Part shown: piece after piece, positions 10,406 to 22,120 of the stretch
Position numbering within the stretch: position 1 is the stretch's first letter
Layout: each line of letters starts with the position of its first letter
Virus record (IMG/VR): IMGVR_UViG_3300036853_000446
Span: 124,001-188,000 of that record
Strand: one strand, 5' to 3'
Length of the DNA stretch: 64,000 bases
Position numbers and translations under genes: made by a program
The notes under the pieces: model-generated
Seen by the model: only the letters and a program-made list of their open reading frames with translations
Told to the model about the DNA's origin: nothing
Database searches by the model: none

Positions 10406-10782
10406 GTGGGCACCTTGTCTGTAAAGAGAAGCCCGAGAATTCCTTGGACTCTGAGATAGAGTGGGTCTCGGGCGTCGACGGTCGAAGACGAAAACCGCAC
10501 CGTGTCGAGAGGCCGCACGGCAGACTCCACGGGCACGAGGCGACTCGTGAGTGTCTCGTCTTTGATGAATGGCAGAATGCGCGCCCAGTCGCTCCGCGGG
10601 ACGGTGACGTTCATGCCGCGCCCGTTGATCTGCACGTAGGCGGAGCCCGCGAGTCGAATGACTCGAGTCGTCGCGTGCCCACGCATCAGAGACGTAAGGG
10701 CTCGCGCCAAGTCTCGCAAGTCGACGTCGAGTATCTGGGACGGCAGCTTGCGCCCCTGAACTCTCGTGAGGCCGTTATCCAC
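10402..10782 (-). CDS. hypothetical protein
   Basis: ATGA overlap with downstream gene. Confidence 0.6.
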   Translation of the reverse strand: MDNGLTRVQGRKLPSQILDVDLRDLARALTSLMRGHATTRVIRLAGSAYVQINGRGMNVTVPRSDWARILPFIKDETLTSRLVPVESAVRPLDTVRFSSSTVDARDPLYLRVQGILGLLFTDKVPT

Positions 10783-10808
10783 CTCCTACGCGGGCGATAG
10801 AAGGAAAG

Positions 10809-12404
<1,596 letters not shown>

Positions 12405-12794
12405 TCAATTTCCCTTCCGAGTACATGGAATGCCATACACCGCCGCGACCTCCACGGGATCGAGGTCCTCGGGATCAGCTATTGTTGACTGCGCGTAACG
12501 GGAAACAGACACCATCGTGGGCCTTGGAGACGAGAAATCCCAACGCGAGCCGGGCGGCGGGGGCGGATGGCCTTTCAACCACAGGTGGCCATAGACGGCG
12601 TAAAGAGCCATCCGTCTATCGACGTGTTCGACCGCGTGCAGAACGTCTTGCGTGGGCTCGACAGATTCGACGCGCGCAAACCACCCGCCATCCAGCCATT
12701 CGCAGACGAATCTCGAACGTTCGGGTATATGAGCGACAATCGCGCGCTCGATTTCGTCGTCGGTCCAAGAGAGGAGTTCGTCAGGCGGTTGCAA
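12405..12794 (-). CDS. hypothetical protein
   Basis: Abuts groEL start; co-directional. Confidence 0.6.
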   Translation of the reverse strand: MQPPDELLSWTDDEIERAIVAHIPERSRFVCEWLDGGWFARVESVEPTQDVLHAVEHVDRRMALYAVYGHLWLKGHPPPPPGSRWDFSSPRPTMVSVSRYAQSTIADPEDLDPVEVAAVYGIPCTRKGN

Positions 12795-12819
12795 GGCTCA
12801 AAGAGCTGAACCACAAATG

Positions 12820-12856
12820 AAAAAAGCCCCGAGAGGCGTTTCCGTCCCTCGGGGTC
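12820..12856 (-). terminator. Rho-independent terminator after vWA gene
   Basis: CCCCGAG/CTCGGGG stem followed by a T-tract on the minus strand. Confidence 0.75.
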
Positions 12857-12888
12857 TGTGACAGGATCCTGGTTTGTCCGTGGTTTCT

Positions 12889-14400
12889 TTACTTGCCCGA
12901 CGCGGCGGGCTCCACTTCTACGCTCGGGTCTTTGGTCGCGGGCGTCGGGATGACGACGTTGGTCGCAGGGTTCGGCCCGACGAGAGGCTCGGAAGTTGAC
13001 TCGCTCGTGAAGGCCGTCGAATACGCCGCCTGCGCCGAATTCCCGAAGGCCCCATTGCACGTTGCCTTCATGTTCTGGAGTTCGACCTGTGCGACCGAGT
13101 CGTAGCTCGCGACGCCCGCGGAGCGGAGAATACCCTGGCCCATGCTCTTGAGGTATCCTCGGCTCCCGGTGTAGCTCGCTGCATTGCCCATGAAATCGGC
13201 CATGTTGGAGGCCACGTGGGCCTCTGCCACAAGACCTTTGAGCTGCAGGCCTCGCGAGAAATCTGCCAGCTTCGACTGAGCCACCCGATAATCTCCACGA
13301 TTGGCGTCGGCTTCGGCCTCGCGCTGCACGACCGCGAGCTGGTGCAAGGAGACGATTTCGTCGACCGTAGGGGTAGGCGCTTTCTGCGCTTCGTCGGGAC
13401 TCACGAACCGCATCTTGGCGGCCGCCGTCGCCTCCTCCGAAGCCTTTTCCCCCTCCTGCGTGATCCGGCGACAAGTCGCCTTCACGTTGAAGAGCGTGAA
13501 ATCCCGCGGCAGCGCCTTGTCCTGCTTCTTGACGCTGCACTCGAGCACGATGTGCCGCGTCTCTTCGGCCAAAATATCGCCAACCTCGATCGTGACCTCG
13601 GTGATCTCCGCGACACTGGTGACGCCCGTGACACCGGCGGCCGGCGCCTTGTCGGGCCCGAGCAGAGTCACGACCTTCTCGACGGTGTGGCCGTTGCGTG
13701 GCTCGATGACGAGACGGAGGTCCGAGGCGTAGGTCGAGAGCAGGCCACCCAACTCCCGCCCAAACGCCGCCAGAGCGTCGTCCGCATTCTGCACGTAGGC
13801 GTAGTTTCCCTTGCCGAGCTGGCTGAGTTCGGTCAGCAAGTCTTGATCGCACGTGGTTCCCTCTCCGTACCCGAAGAAGCTCATCGAGTGCGAGCCCACG
13901 TGTTTTGCCACGAGACCCTTGATGCTGGTCGCATCGGTGACGCCCGATGTCGGCTGCCCGTCGGTAAAGAAAATCGCTCGCTGCAGAACGTTCGGCGGCA
14001 AGTCGAGGTCGCCGATCTTCGCGAGTGACGACACGATGCTGTCCGAAAAGTTCGTCCCCGCGCTGGCCCACAACTCGTCAATCGCCTTCAGCAGGCGCGT
14101 CTTGAGTTCGGGCGTCACGGGGCCCGGCTTGACCATGGTGCAGACCTGGGAATTGAACGTGATGAGGCCCGAATAGTCCCCCACCTTGAGTTGCTCGACG
14201 AGCTTTCTGCACGCCTGCTTGGCATACTCGAGCTTCCGTCCCTGCATGCTGCCCGAGACGTCGACAACGGGCAGAATGCAGATCCTCGGCCGCCGACTGA
14301 CCCAGTCGATGGCCGGCGCCTCGACGGTCAAGAGCAGATGAACCGTGTTGTCCTTCTCGTGATCAACCGTCTCGTAATCGAACTGCGCTGACAATTTCAT
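12889..14400 (-). CDS. von Willebrand factor A domain protein
   Basis: MIDAS DVSGSM, AGTN, FFTDG, FFGYG. Confidence 0.9.
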   Translation of the reverse strand: MKLSAQFDYETVDHEKDNTVHLLLTVEAPAIDWVSRRPRICILPVVDVSGSMQGRKLEYAKQACRKLVEQLKVGDYSGLITFNSQVCTMVKPGPVTPELKTRLLKAIDELWASAGTNFSDSIVSSLAKIGDLDLPPNVLQRAIFFTDGQPTSGVTDATSIKGLVAKHVGSHSMSFFGYGEGTTCDQDLLTELSQLGKGNYAYVQNADDALAAFGRELGGLLSTYASDLRLVIEPRNGHTVEKVVTLLGPDKAPAAGVTGVTSVAEITEVTIEVGDILAEETRHIVLECSVKKQDKALPRDFTLFNVKATCRRITQEGEKASEEATAAAKMRFVSPDEAQKAPTPTVDEIVSLHQLAVVQREAEADANRGDYRVAQSKLADFSRGLQLKGLVAEAHVASNMADFMGNAASYTGSRGYLKSMGQGILRSAGVASYDSVAQVELQNMKATCNGAFGNSAQAAYSTAFTSESTSEPLVGPNPATNVVIPTPATKDPSVEVEPAASGK

Positions 14401-14641
14401 TGTTTGATTCTCCCAAATCGAGTGGCGTCCTCGACGCGGAACCTAGGACAGAGGTTCCCAAATCTCAGACTCATTCAATTCCGTCCTCAGCGTCCCAAAC
14501 CCCCGAGAGGGCGCGGACTAACCTGTACACCCGCAACACGGAGTCCGTCTTGCGGGCACACGACGAAGAATCCAAACCCATGACGGCGCGATTCCCCATG
14601 ACGTACGGTAACGGTCAGGCGACGAGGCGTCAAGACGCACG

Positions 14642-14920
14642 ATGACCGTCGATGAACGAGCCCTTTACGAAGCTGAGCGATGGTTTCGAGCCAAACTGCG
14701 CGGAGACAGCGCGCTCGTGGAGAGCGAGATCGGTCTCTTCACCGTGATGGCCGAGCGACAGGTCGCGAGCACGGATTTCTACATCCCCCGGGAACCGTCG
14801 ACGCAAGGGTACCTCGACCCTTTCGCAGACAGCCCGCTCATCACGCTGCCGCCGCCTTCGAGCGCCGCTCAGCGGGACTGGATCCAGCTGTCGAAAGCCT
14901 CGCTGCGACCGAGGCGCTGA
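14642..14920 (+). CDS. hypothetical protein
   Basis: ORF converging on bidirectional terminator. Confidence 0.55.
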   Translation: MTVDERALYEAERWFRAKLRGDSALVESEIGLFTVMAERQVASTDFYIPREPSTQGYLDPFADSPLITLPPPSSAAQRDWIQLSKASLRPRR

Positions 14921-14933
14921 AACGACAAAACGC

Positions 14934-14977
14934 AAAAAGGTCGGTCCCCGTTCTTTTTCGAGAGGACCGGCCTTTTT
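14934..14977. terminator. Bidirectional terminator
   Basis: AAAAAGGTCGGTCC...GGACCGGCCTTTTT between convergent ORFs. Confidence 0.75.
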
Positions 14978-14996
14978 GGAAATTGCTGGAAGAACG

Positions 14997-15581
14997 TCAC
15001 GCAGCGAGATACGGCAGCCATTCCGCCGGAGCATTGGACAACTGGATCATCGGCTCACTCATGGGAAGCGTCCGGGGACGCAACGGCGCATTCAGCAGCC
15101 GCAACCCCGCTTGAGCCGGCGTTCGATTTGCCTTTGCAGAATTACAGGGCCAGCACGACGCCACGACATTTTCCCAAACAGTCCTCCCACCTTGAGAACG
15201 TGGCACCACGTGATCATAGTTCAACTTCGACGCAGGAAATCGAAGCCCACAGTACTGGCAGCGATGCTTATCCCGCGCGTAAACGTTGACCTTGCTGAAC
15301 TTGACTCCCGTCTTTACTGGCTTGATATGCCGCATGAGCACGGCCACCGCGGGCACCTTGACCTCGATCGATTCGACGTCGGTCCCGATCACCTGCCGCA
15401 GCGCGAGCGCCAGTTCAGGAAACGACCGTAACGTCCCGCGATCGATGTGGGCGAGAATCTCATCGTACTGAGCCACGACCTGGATCTTGCCGCCAAACAT
15501 GCGGGTCACGGCCTCCTTCCAATCGACAACTTCATGCGGCGTGAACGACTGATTGAGTATAAGCGTTTGCGTAAAAGACAT
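14997..15581 (-). CDS. HNH endonuclease (McrA-like)
   Basis: TLILNQSF, VYARDKHRCQYCG, DHVVPRSQGG..WENVVASCWPCN. Confidence 0.92.
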   Translation of the reverse strand: MSFTQTLILNQSFTPHEVVDWKEAVTRMFGGKIQVVAQYDEILAHIDRGTLRSFPELALALRQVIGTDVESIEVKVPAVAVLMRHIKPVKTGVKFSKVNVYARDKHRCQYCGLRFPASKLNYDHVVPRSQGGRTVWENVVASCWPCNSAKANRTPAQAGLRLLNAPLRPRTLPMSEPMIQLSNAPAEWLPYLAA

Positions 15582-15615
15582 TGAGGCACCTTCCATGACG
15601 AGGGCCACCAATGTC

Positions 15616-16197
15616 TCAACGATGGGTGGGTTGATGCACCTGTCGAGGAATGGAGCCCAAAGTTTCGACCAGAGCCTTGTTGGCCTGGCGCTTGGCAGGG
15701 TCGAGATTCTTCGACACCTTCTGATAGTAGGGATGCTCGAGCCACTCCGCGTACGGCGTGTTGCCCCTAATTTTATTGCACTTTTTGCACGACGAAAGAA
15801 GGTTGTCTTTTGTACTCGGGCCTCCATGCTCCCAAAGGATGAGATGGTCGACGGTGAGGGGCACGTGGTCATTCCCACAATATTCGCAGCTAAATTTGGC
15901 GCGCCGGTACACCTCCCACGCCACGCCCTGCGAGATGTGGCGTTGACTCTTCCGGACGATTGCCTTGGTAATGGTGCCGTCAGAAGCCTTCGACAGGACC
16001 TGCGTCTCGAGCAGATCCGTCTGCCGGAGAAACCGCGTCCAGTCGTCGAGGTTCATGTCGAGATTCACGACGGGAAGCCCATCGGCATTCTCATCAGGGA
16101 ACAGGGCGAGATACACCTTGCCGCCACCGATGTATGCGACGCCGGCCATCAGGATCGTGTGCCCGAACTCGAGCAGCCCGATTTCATCAATTCGCAT
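15616..16197 (-). CDS. HNH endonuclease with N-terminal extension
   Basis: CEYCG..TVDHL..HGG..NLLSSCKKCN. Confidence 0.85.
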   Translation of the reverse strand: MRIDEIGLLEFGHTILMAGVAYIGGGKVYLALFPDENADGLPVVNLDMNLDDWTRFLRQTDLLETQVLSKASDGTITKAIVRKSQRHISQGVAWEVYRRAKFSCEYCGNDHVPLTVDHLILWEHGGPSTKDNLLSSCKKCNKIRGNTPYAEWLEHPYYQKVSKNLDPAKRQANKALVETLGSIPRQVHQPTHR

Positions 16198-16248
16198 CCG
16201 CTCCCACCCTTTCAAGATTTAGCTCCCGCAAAGTCTCCATCATTCTTG

Positions 16249-16331
16249 TACTCGGAAGAGGACTCGAACCTCCACGTCTCTAAGGACACTGGAACCTAAA
16301 TCCAGAGCGTCTACCATTCCGCCACCCGAGT
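16249..16331 (-). tRNA. trnL: tRNA-Leu(TAG)
   Basis: Cloverleaf, CTGGA-TT TAG GT-TCCAG, long variable arm. Confidence 0.9.
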
Positions 16332-16539
16332 ATTTTGGGAAGATCAAACAAGTACCGAGTACATACTCACTCATCCGACGCCGACTTTATCGCTGCGGTA
16401 ACTTCAGCAATTTGACCCGCTAAGCGCTTATCACTGCGTCTCATTACGTACGAAGTAGCTCCAATGCCTCTCGACACTGCCATGCTGCGCTCGATCTTCC
16501 CACGGTGCGAGGGCCCGAAGGCCCGTCACCGCTTCGACG

Positions 16540-17049
16540 CTAATCAAAAAGAGAAGCGTCTAAGTCCTCCATGTCGACCTTGTGGGCGTTGCCCACGGCG
16601 ATGACCTCCCGCAGCAAGGCAAGCTCGCGATCGATCTGCTCCGTCCGGGCGCTCGCGTCATCGATCGAAATCTGCCGCTCTTGCCGCACGACGCCCGGGT
16701 CTTGCGTGCGCTCGTCGTCGAAGAGTCCCCGCTCTTTGATGGTCGCGGCGCTGCGCCACGTTTTCTCGATGCGCCCGAGGCCACCGATTCGCTTGACGCA
16801 TTCGAGCAGAGTCACTCGCCCCTTGCCCGGTACCTCGACACGCACCGCCAGATTGTAGCGCGTTTGCGCAACCTGAAGGATCGAGATATTCTCTTCCGCA
16901 TCTCGAACCCTCTTGATCACCTGGTCCGGCGTCGCCTTGACCTCGTCCGGAAACTTCTTCAACGAATCCTTGAACTGACTCGCCGCCGTCTCGCGCCGCA
17001 GCGTCTGTCGACGCAGGGCTTCACGCAGCTTATACCCTGTTACTTCCAT
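16540..17049 (-). CDS. Coiled-coil protein, DIP1984-like
   Basis: KLREAL N-terminus, Q..QTRYN..V pattern; family assignment from memory; CGGTGTA upstream. Confidence 0.6.
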   Translation of the reverse strand: MEVTGYKLREALRRQTLRRETAASQFKDSLKKFPDEVKATPDQVIKRVRDAEENISILQVAQTRYNLAVRVEVPGKGRVTLLECVKRIGGLGRIEKTWRSAATIKERGLFDDERTQDPGVVRQERQISIDDASARTEQIDRELALLREVIAVGNAHKVDMEDLDASLFD

Positions 17050-17151
17050 AATTTCCTCTCCACGAACCGGGGCTCTCGATCTGCAATACACCGGCGGAGG
17101 GGGAGTCCAGATCCCCCTCCGCCGATTTGTTCCGAAGCCCAGCGCGAGCCC

Positions 17152-17985
17152 CTAAACTCCGAACTCGCCCCGGCGCTCCGTGACGAACCCGACATAGAAG
17201 GCAGCATCCCGATGGGCCTCGACTCGGCCCTCGACGACGGCCTTTTCGATGGCGGCCTTGAGGTCCCCGAGCCGCTTGCTCGGGGCGATACCGAACGCCG
17301 CCATGAGAGCGTCACCGAGTCCCTTCGGCAGGGGTGGCACGATGGCATCCCGGGCCGCGATGTCCTTGGCCCGCTCCGCCAATTGATGAAGCCTCTCATG
17401 ATGCTTCTCGCGCTTGTGGGCGTGTTTGGTCGTGATATCGGCACGTGCCACGAGAAGGACCCGGTCGAAATGCTCGCCCAATTCCTTCTGCAGCCGACGC
17501 ACGGCGCTGTCGGTCCAATCGGACTGGTAGGCCTCGACCAGGCCAAGGCTCCGCACGACGGCGTGGGCCTCATGCAGCACGTCAGCATCGACGAGCCTCG
17601 TCCGAGCTAAAGCCCGCCGGAGCAGGCTCGCGCTCACGAACTCGTGCTGGTGAAAGCTCACCTTCCCCGTCGCGCGGGAAAGCGTCGAAACCTTTCCCAC
17701 GTCGTGAAAGAGCGCCGCCCACCGGAGGCTCGGCTGAGCCTTGGTTTGCCTCACCACCTGCTTCGTGTGGGCCCAGAGGTCCTTGTGCCCCTGGCCCTGG
17801 CCGCCGAAGCCGACCATCGCCTGGACTTCCGGCAGCGTCTCGCCGAGCACGCCCGAGGTCTGAAGCGACTCGAGCCCCTCGTCGACGTGCGTGCCCATCA
17901 AGACGCGAGTCCATAGCTCGCGCGCAGATCCCCGGACGGATCCGTGGCGCGCTTCCGACACCAATACGGCTTCCTCTAAAGTCAT
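17152..17985 (-). CDS. HD-domain protein resembling the C-terminal part of CCA-adding enzyme, without the NTase head
   Basis: HKDLWAHT, LRWAALFHDVGK, SFHQHE, WTDSAVRR, RADITT. Confidence 0.85.
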   Translation of the reverse strand: MTLEEAVLVSEARHGSVRGSARELWTRVLMGTHVDEGLESLQTSGVLGETLPEVQAMVGFGGQGQGHKDLWAHTKQVVRQTKAQPSLRWAALFHDVGKVSTLSRATGKVSFHQHEFVSASLLRRALARTRLVDADVLHEAHAVVRSLGLVEAYQSDWTDSAVRRLQKELGEHFDRVLLVARADITTKHAHKREKHHERLHQLAERAKDIAARDAIVPPLPKGLGDALMAAFGIAPSKRLGDLKAAIEKAVVEGRVEAHRDAAFYVGFVTERRGEFGV

Positions 17986-18010
17986 GGGGATCTCCTGTCG
18001 TGTATTGTGT

Positions 18011-18096
18011 TGGTACCCGAGGAGGGATTCGAACCCTCAATGCCTCGCGGCACCGCATTTTAAGTGCAGGTGGCTATTCCGTTCGCCTACTCGGGC
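18011..18096 (-). tRNA. trnL: tRNA-Leu(TAA), encoded CCA
   Basis: CTGCA-CT TAA AA-TGCGG, TTCGAAT. Confidence 0.88.
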
Positions 18097-18165
18097 AAAG
18101 TTTGCTTCGTCTCTACGCCACGTAACGCTTCCTCTTGTGAGCCATCACGTTGAAAGGAGATGCGG

Positions 18166-18672
18166 ATGACACTGACCCATGATTATGACCGCCGCTGGCT
18201 AAAGACGGCTGCGGCACGCCTTCCTGGCAGCCTATTTTATCACGGAACAGCAAGTGACTTTGATGCGTTTGACCTATCTGCTTCCGGCGCACGTGACTTC
18301 GGAGACTTTGGGTTCGGAGTATATTTGACCCCCAGTACTACGATGGCTCGAGGATATGCCTATGCCAGCGCAAAGCGGACACACGGTGAACCTAAAGTCC
18401 TCACCGTCAGTGTGCGTCTCCACAACACAGCTGATTTTGACGACCCGAAACTACAGAGCCAGATCGCTGAAACGCTGGCTATTCCATTTCCTCACAAGGC
18501 GTTGACAACCGGTACACGACAGACACGCCCTCGCTCTGAGGCAATAGCTATCACGGACTACGTGCGCGCTTTGGGTTATGACAGTGGCCTCGCACGCAAT
18601 GGAAAGGAACTCGTTGTCTATGATCCCCGCGCGATAACGATTGAGTCCGTGCAACCGGCGTCCGAAGCCTAG
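18166..18672 (+). CDS. ADP-ribosyltransferase-like protein with HDYDRR leader
   Basis: YHGT, GFGVYLT, A..YA, GYDSG, ELVVYDP. Confidence 0.75.
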   Translation: MTLTHDYDRRWLKTAAARLPGSLFYHGTASDFDAFDLSASGARDFGDFGFGVYLTPSTTMARGYAYASAKRTHGEPKVLTVSVRLHNTADFDDPKLQSQIAETLAIPFPHKALTTGTRQTRPRSEAIAITDYVRALGYDSGLARNGKELVVYDPRAITIESVQPASEA

Positions 18673-18679
18673 GGAGCAA

Positions 18680-18710
18680 CGGCTATGCCATTCGCCTACC
18701 CGGGCAAAGT
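18680..18710 (-). pseudogene. 5-prime fragment of a tRNA-Leu (duplicate of the 18011-18096 start)
   Basis: ggctatgccattcgcctacccgggcaaagtt vs ggctattccgttcgcctactcgggcaaagtt. Confidence 0.7.
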
Positions 18711-18767
18711 TCTATCGAAACACAGCCGTGCACTGATTACCGCCGCGCGGTGTAAGGGCCTTGTCAG

Positions 18768-19538
18768 ATGCCTCGTGATCGACTCCGCCCATTCTTCTGC
18801 TATTTCGGTGGCAAGTGGCGTGAGGCTTTGAAAAGCTATCCTGAACCTCGATACGGGACCATCATCGAGCCCTTCGCGGGTGCGGCGGGATTTGCGGCGC
18901 GCTACGCAACTCGCAAAGTAATCCTGTGCGAGATTGACCCCATCATCGCAGCAGTATGGCGGTACCTAATCAAGGTGACGGCCAAAGAGATCTTATCTCT
19001 GCCCGATCTCGTATCGGAAGAGACAGTGGACAATTTGATAGTCAGTCAGGAGGCCAAATGGTTGATTGGCTTTTGGCTCAATAAGGGCACTTCAGGTCCT
19101 CGCAAGAGTCCCTCGACATGGATGCGATCGAATGTTCGGCCGAAGTCATACTGGGGCGCTCATATTCGACAGATCCTGGCATCGCAGGTTGATTCCATCC
19201 GGCACTGGGAAATCCACAACTGCAGCTACGTTGATTGCCCGACCCCACTCGAAGCAACTTGGTTCGTCGACCCTCCCTACGAGGTCGCGGGGCAAGCCTA
19301 CAGATTTGGCTCCAAACAGATCGACTATCAGCATCTCGGTGATTGGTGCCAAACAAGACCCGGACAAGTCATCGTTTGCGAGAACGAAGGAGCAACCTGG
19401 CTTCCTTTTCAGGACCTCGCAAGTGTGAAGGCGAGCCCCAGATCCATTGCGCCAAACCGCCGCTCCAAGGAGGTTTGTTGGTTGAGCACGTTTGAAGAGG
19501 ATGCATACCTGCAAGCCTTCATGCGAGGCGTCGTATGA
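18768..19538 (+). CDS. Dam-like N6-adenine DNA methyltransferase
   Basis: YFGGK, EPFAG, FVDPPY. Confidence 0.85.
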   Translation: MPRDRLRPFFCYFGGKWREALKSYPEPRYGTIIEPFAGAAGFAARYATRKVILCEIDPIIAAVWRYLIKVTAKEILSLPDLVSEETVDNLIVSQEAKWLIGFWLNKGTSGPRKSPSTWMRSNVRPKSYWGAHIRQILASQVDSIRHWEIHNCSYVDCPTPLEATWFVDPPYEVAGQAYRFGSKQIDYQHLGDWCQTRPGQVIVCENEGATWLPFQDLASVKASPRSIAPNRRSKEVCWLSTFEEDAYLQAFMRGVV

Positions 19539-19550
19539 ATACGGTGGCCT

Positions 19551-21851
19551 TCAAATCGCCACCTCGATTTCCTTCATCGTAACCGTCCCTTGAATGTCTT
19601 TGCCGTCGAGCCCTTGGATCGTAAGGCTGTTTTCATCGAGGCTGGTGAACTCCGTGAACCAGATTTGACCGACGATGACTGCCATTCGAATCTGGCTCAC
19701 CTGATGAAGCAGGTCTCGCACTCTGCTCTTCGCATCCGCTGCCTGCCCCTCGAGCCACGCCTTGAAGGCCTTTTCCGGATCGGCGGCCTTCGCGTACACG
19801 CTGGAGGCGAGGAAGTCGTCGACCTCGTTCACGAAAGGCGCCATGAGTGACGAGCTGGCCGTATGCTTGCCCGACGCGATCCGCGTCTGGACGTCCTTCA
19901 GGGTCGGCAACGTGCTGAGGCCTTTGAGCGCGACGTGCAGCTCTTTACCGATGTAGACGTCCTGAGCCTTGGCTTGCTTGCCCTTGGGTCCAAACCCGCT
20001 GTAGTCGGTGATGCCCTGTTCCTTGAGCCACTCGGCGCCGTCCGCGCCGTACAGGACCTTGAAGCCGTCGCTCGCCCGCCTCTCGAACCGGTCCTTCAGA
20101 TAGGTGTTGTAAACCTTCTGTCCAGCCCTCGCGATCGTCAGCTCGTATTCGAGTTCGAAGAACCGCTTGGCGCTAGTCGCTTGCACCATGGCGCGGTTGA
20201 TGATCGGCAGCTCGCGGAGATTTATCGAGAGGACACCGGGCGACACGACCTGAACCGCAGTGGCGGGGATCTTTGCCTTCTTCAGCTTTTGCACCGTGTC
20301 GTCGGTGAGCTTCAACGGCAGCGTCTCGACATTGACCAAGCCGTCACGGATGATCGCGTAGTTTCGATAGGTAAACGTCGGGAAGACGTCGGGGACCTTG
20401 GGAAGCTCACCCCCTTTGCGGTCCTTCAGATTGACGGTGCCCTCGCGTCGCACCTGCACCGAGACATTCGGCCGTTCCTCGTTATAGATGAGCGCGCCGA
20501 CGGGCACCCCGTCGGGCATGGGCGTGGCTTCGAACTTCAGAGGCGCAATTCCCGTCTCGATGTCCGCAAGTCGTGTCTTCAGGTTATCGAGAAGGATGCC
20601 CTTGGCGACTTTCATCTCGCGCCTGATCTCGTCGACCTCCTTCTGTTCCTCCGCGGTCAGACCCGCGTCCTGGACCCGCTGACGGCCGATCCGATTGTAT
20701 TTGAACAGGTCCGAGTCGAGCAGCAGCCGGTTTCCTTCGTCCTCGCTGATGATCCTGAGCAGATCGAGCACCGTGAAAGCATTCTCGTCGGGAACCGCCT
20801 CGGCGTCATAACCCTGCTGGTACCGGAGCCACGGGTCGAAGCAGGCGAGCGTTGCCTCCTCGACAAACGCGGCGTACTTCTGCTTTCCGAAACAACCCGA
20901 CCAAAGTCTGATGAGCCGCACATCGCCGATGGTCTTCAGCAGCTTGAGCACGACGTCTGTCGCCATGCGCTGGCCGTAGAGGGCCACTGCCGCGTAAGCT
21001 GCGGCGATACTGCTCTCGTAGGTGGCGTGGGCGAAGTCAATCCTCACTGGCTCCCCCTTCCCCTCCACCGCAGGTGACAGGTACCAAACCTCGTCGACCT
21101 GCTGAGGTACCGTGACCTTGCCGCCCTCGACCTTGAAGGTCAGCAACGTCGCCCCGTCGATCGCAAACGCAAACCCCTTGATTGCGTCGGCGTCCAAGTC
21201 GACCTCGATTCGCTTTGCCCCGAGCGGACGCTTCTGCATCGCGGCCTCAAAGGCGGGCTCGTACTTCTTGAAATCCTCGTTGAGGATGAGCGCGCCGCCC
21301 GCCGTCTCCGCCATGGAGACCATGAGCGGGTGGTTGCAATAGTAGCCGTACTCGACGAACGTGGCCGACGCGACCACGGGCACGACGTCCTCGACCGCCT
21401 TCAGGATCTGCGCCTGCGACCACTGGTTGTCATGTCCATCGGACATAAAGAAAAGCGAGCAGACGCCCTTTAGGCCGGCAGCGACCCGCTTCACCTCCTC
21501 CAGGGGCTCCTTGAACCCCGTGAGCCCCACCGGCTTGAGCCAGCGGTCAATCGCCTTGTTGATGTCGCTCAGGTCCTTCAGGCTGGCAACGGGCTCGCCC
21601 TTGACCAAAGTGCCGAATTCGCCCTTACCCGAGAACCAAATCAGGCTGAGGGTGTCCCCCTCGGCAATGAGCCGAGGGAGCTTGTCCTTGAGCTGCGTGC
21701 GGATGAGTGGCAGATCCCCGTACATGCTGCCGGAAACATCGATCGCGACCAAATGGTTGGTCGGTTGCGGTGCGAGCTTCGCGCTGGCGGATCGAGGGAC
21801 CGCAACCGACACCAATTCGAATGGGCTGACCGAGTAGGCTGTCTTGGACAT
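19551..21851 (-). CDS. Large vWA-domain protein
   Basis: AIDVSGSM, FMSDG; long C-terminal region unassigned. Confidence 0.8.
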   Translation of the reverse strand: MSKTAYSVSPFELVSVAVPRSASAKLAPQPTNHLVAIDVSGSMYGDLPLIRTQLKDKLPRLIAEGDTLSLIWFSGKGEFGTLVKGEPVASLKDLSDINKAIDRWLKPVGLTGFKEPLEEVKRVAAGLKGVCSLFFMSDGHDNQWSQAQILKAVEDVVPVVASATFVEYGYYCNHPLMVSMAETAGGALILNEDFKKYEPAFEAAMQKRPLGAKRIEVDLDADAIKGFAFAIDGATLLTFKVEGGKVTVPQQVDEVWYLSPAVEGKGEPVRIDFAHATYESSIAAAYAAVALYGQRMATDVVLKLLKTIGDVRLIRLWSGCFGKQKYAAFVEEATLACFDPWLRYQQGYDAEAVPDENAFTVLDLLRIISEDEGNRLLLDSDLFKYNRIGRQRVQDAGLTAEEQKEVDEIRREMKVAKGILLDNLKTRLADIETGIAPLKFEATPMPDGVPVGALIYNEERPNVSVQVRREGTVNLKDRKGGELPKVPDVFPTFTYRNYAIIRDGLVNVETLPLKLTDDTVQKLKKAKIPATAVQVVSPGVLSINLRELPIINRAMVQATSAKRFFELEYELTIARAGQKVYNTYLKDRFERRASDGFKVLYGADGAEWLKEQGITDYSGFGPKGKQAKAQDVYIGKELHVALKGLSTLPTLKDVQTRIASGKHTASSSLMAPFVNEVDDFLASSVYAKAADPEKAFKAWLEGQAADAKSRVRDLLHQVSQIRMAVIVGQIWFTEFTSLDENSLTIQGLDGKDIQGTVTMKEIEVAI

Positions 21852-21904
21852 GAGCCCCCGGTACACCGGAGGCCCATGCCCTCTGTTCGATCCCCCCTAC
21901 GCCT

Positions 21905-22120
21905 TCAGTGGCGTCGAGATCGACGCAGCGTTGCCAGCGAGATGACGTGCCATCTGCTCTCGCAATCCTCGACGCCTTCCTTAAACTTCAAGTAACTCGC
22001 CTGCTCTTGAGGCGTCAGCAAACGCCCGTTACGGGTCCCGTCGGTAGTGCGGAGCGAGCACATGTGGCAATGCCCCTTGATTCCGCCCCGGCGACGGCGT
22101 CTGCGCTTGTAATGAGCCAT
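21905..22120 (-). CDS. small basic hypothetical protein
   Basis: SD AAGGAAAGGGA; CHMC. Confidence 0.45.
   Translation of the reverse strand: MAHYKRRRRRRGGIKGHCHMCSLRTTDGTRNGRLLTPQEQASYLKFKEGVEDCESRWHVISLATLRRSRRH

Noticed and set aside
14997-16197. Intron- or intein-associated homing endonucleases
   Set aside because: Both HNH genes are free-standing; no intron or intein signature in neighbours
19863-21077. 404-aa plus-strand ORF
   Set aside because: Antisense shadow of the vWA gene
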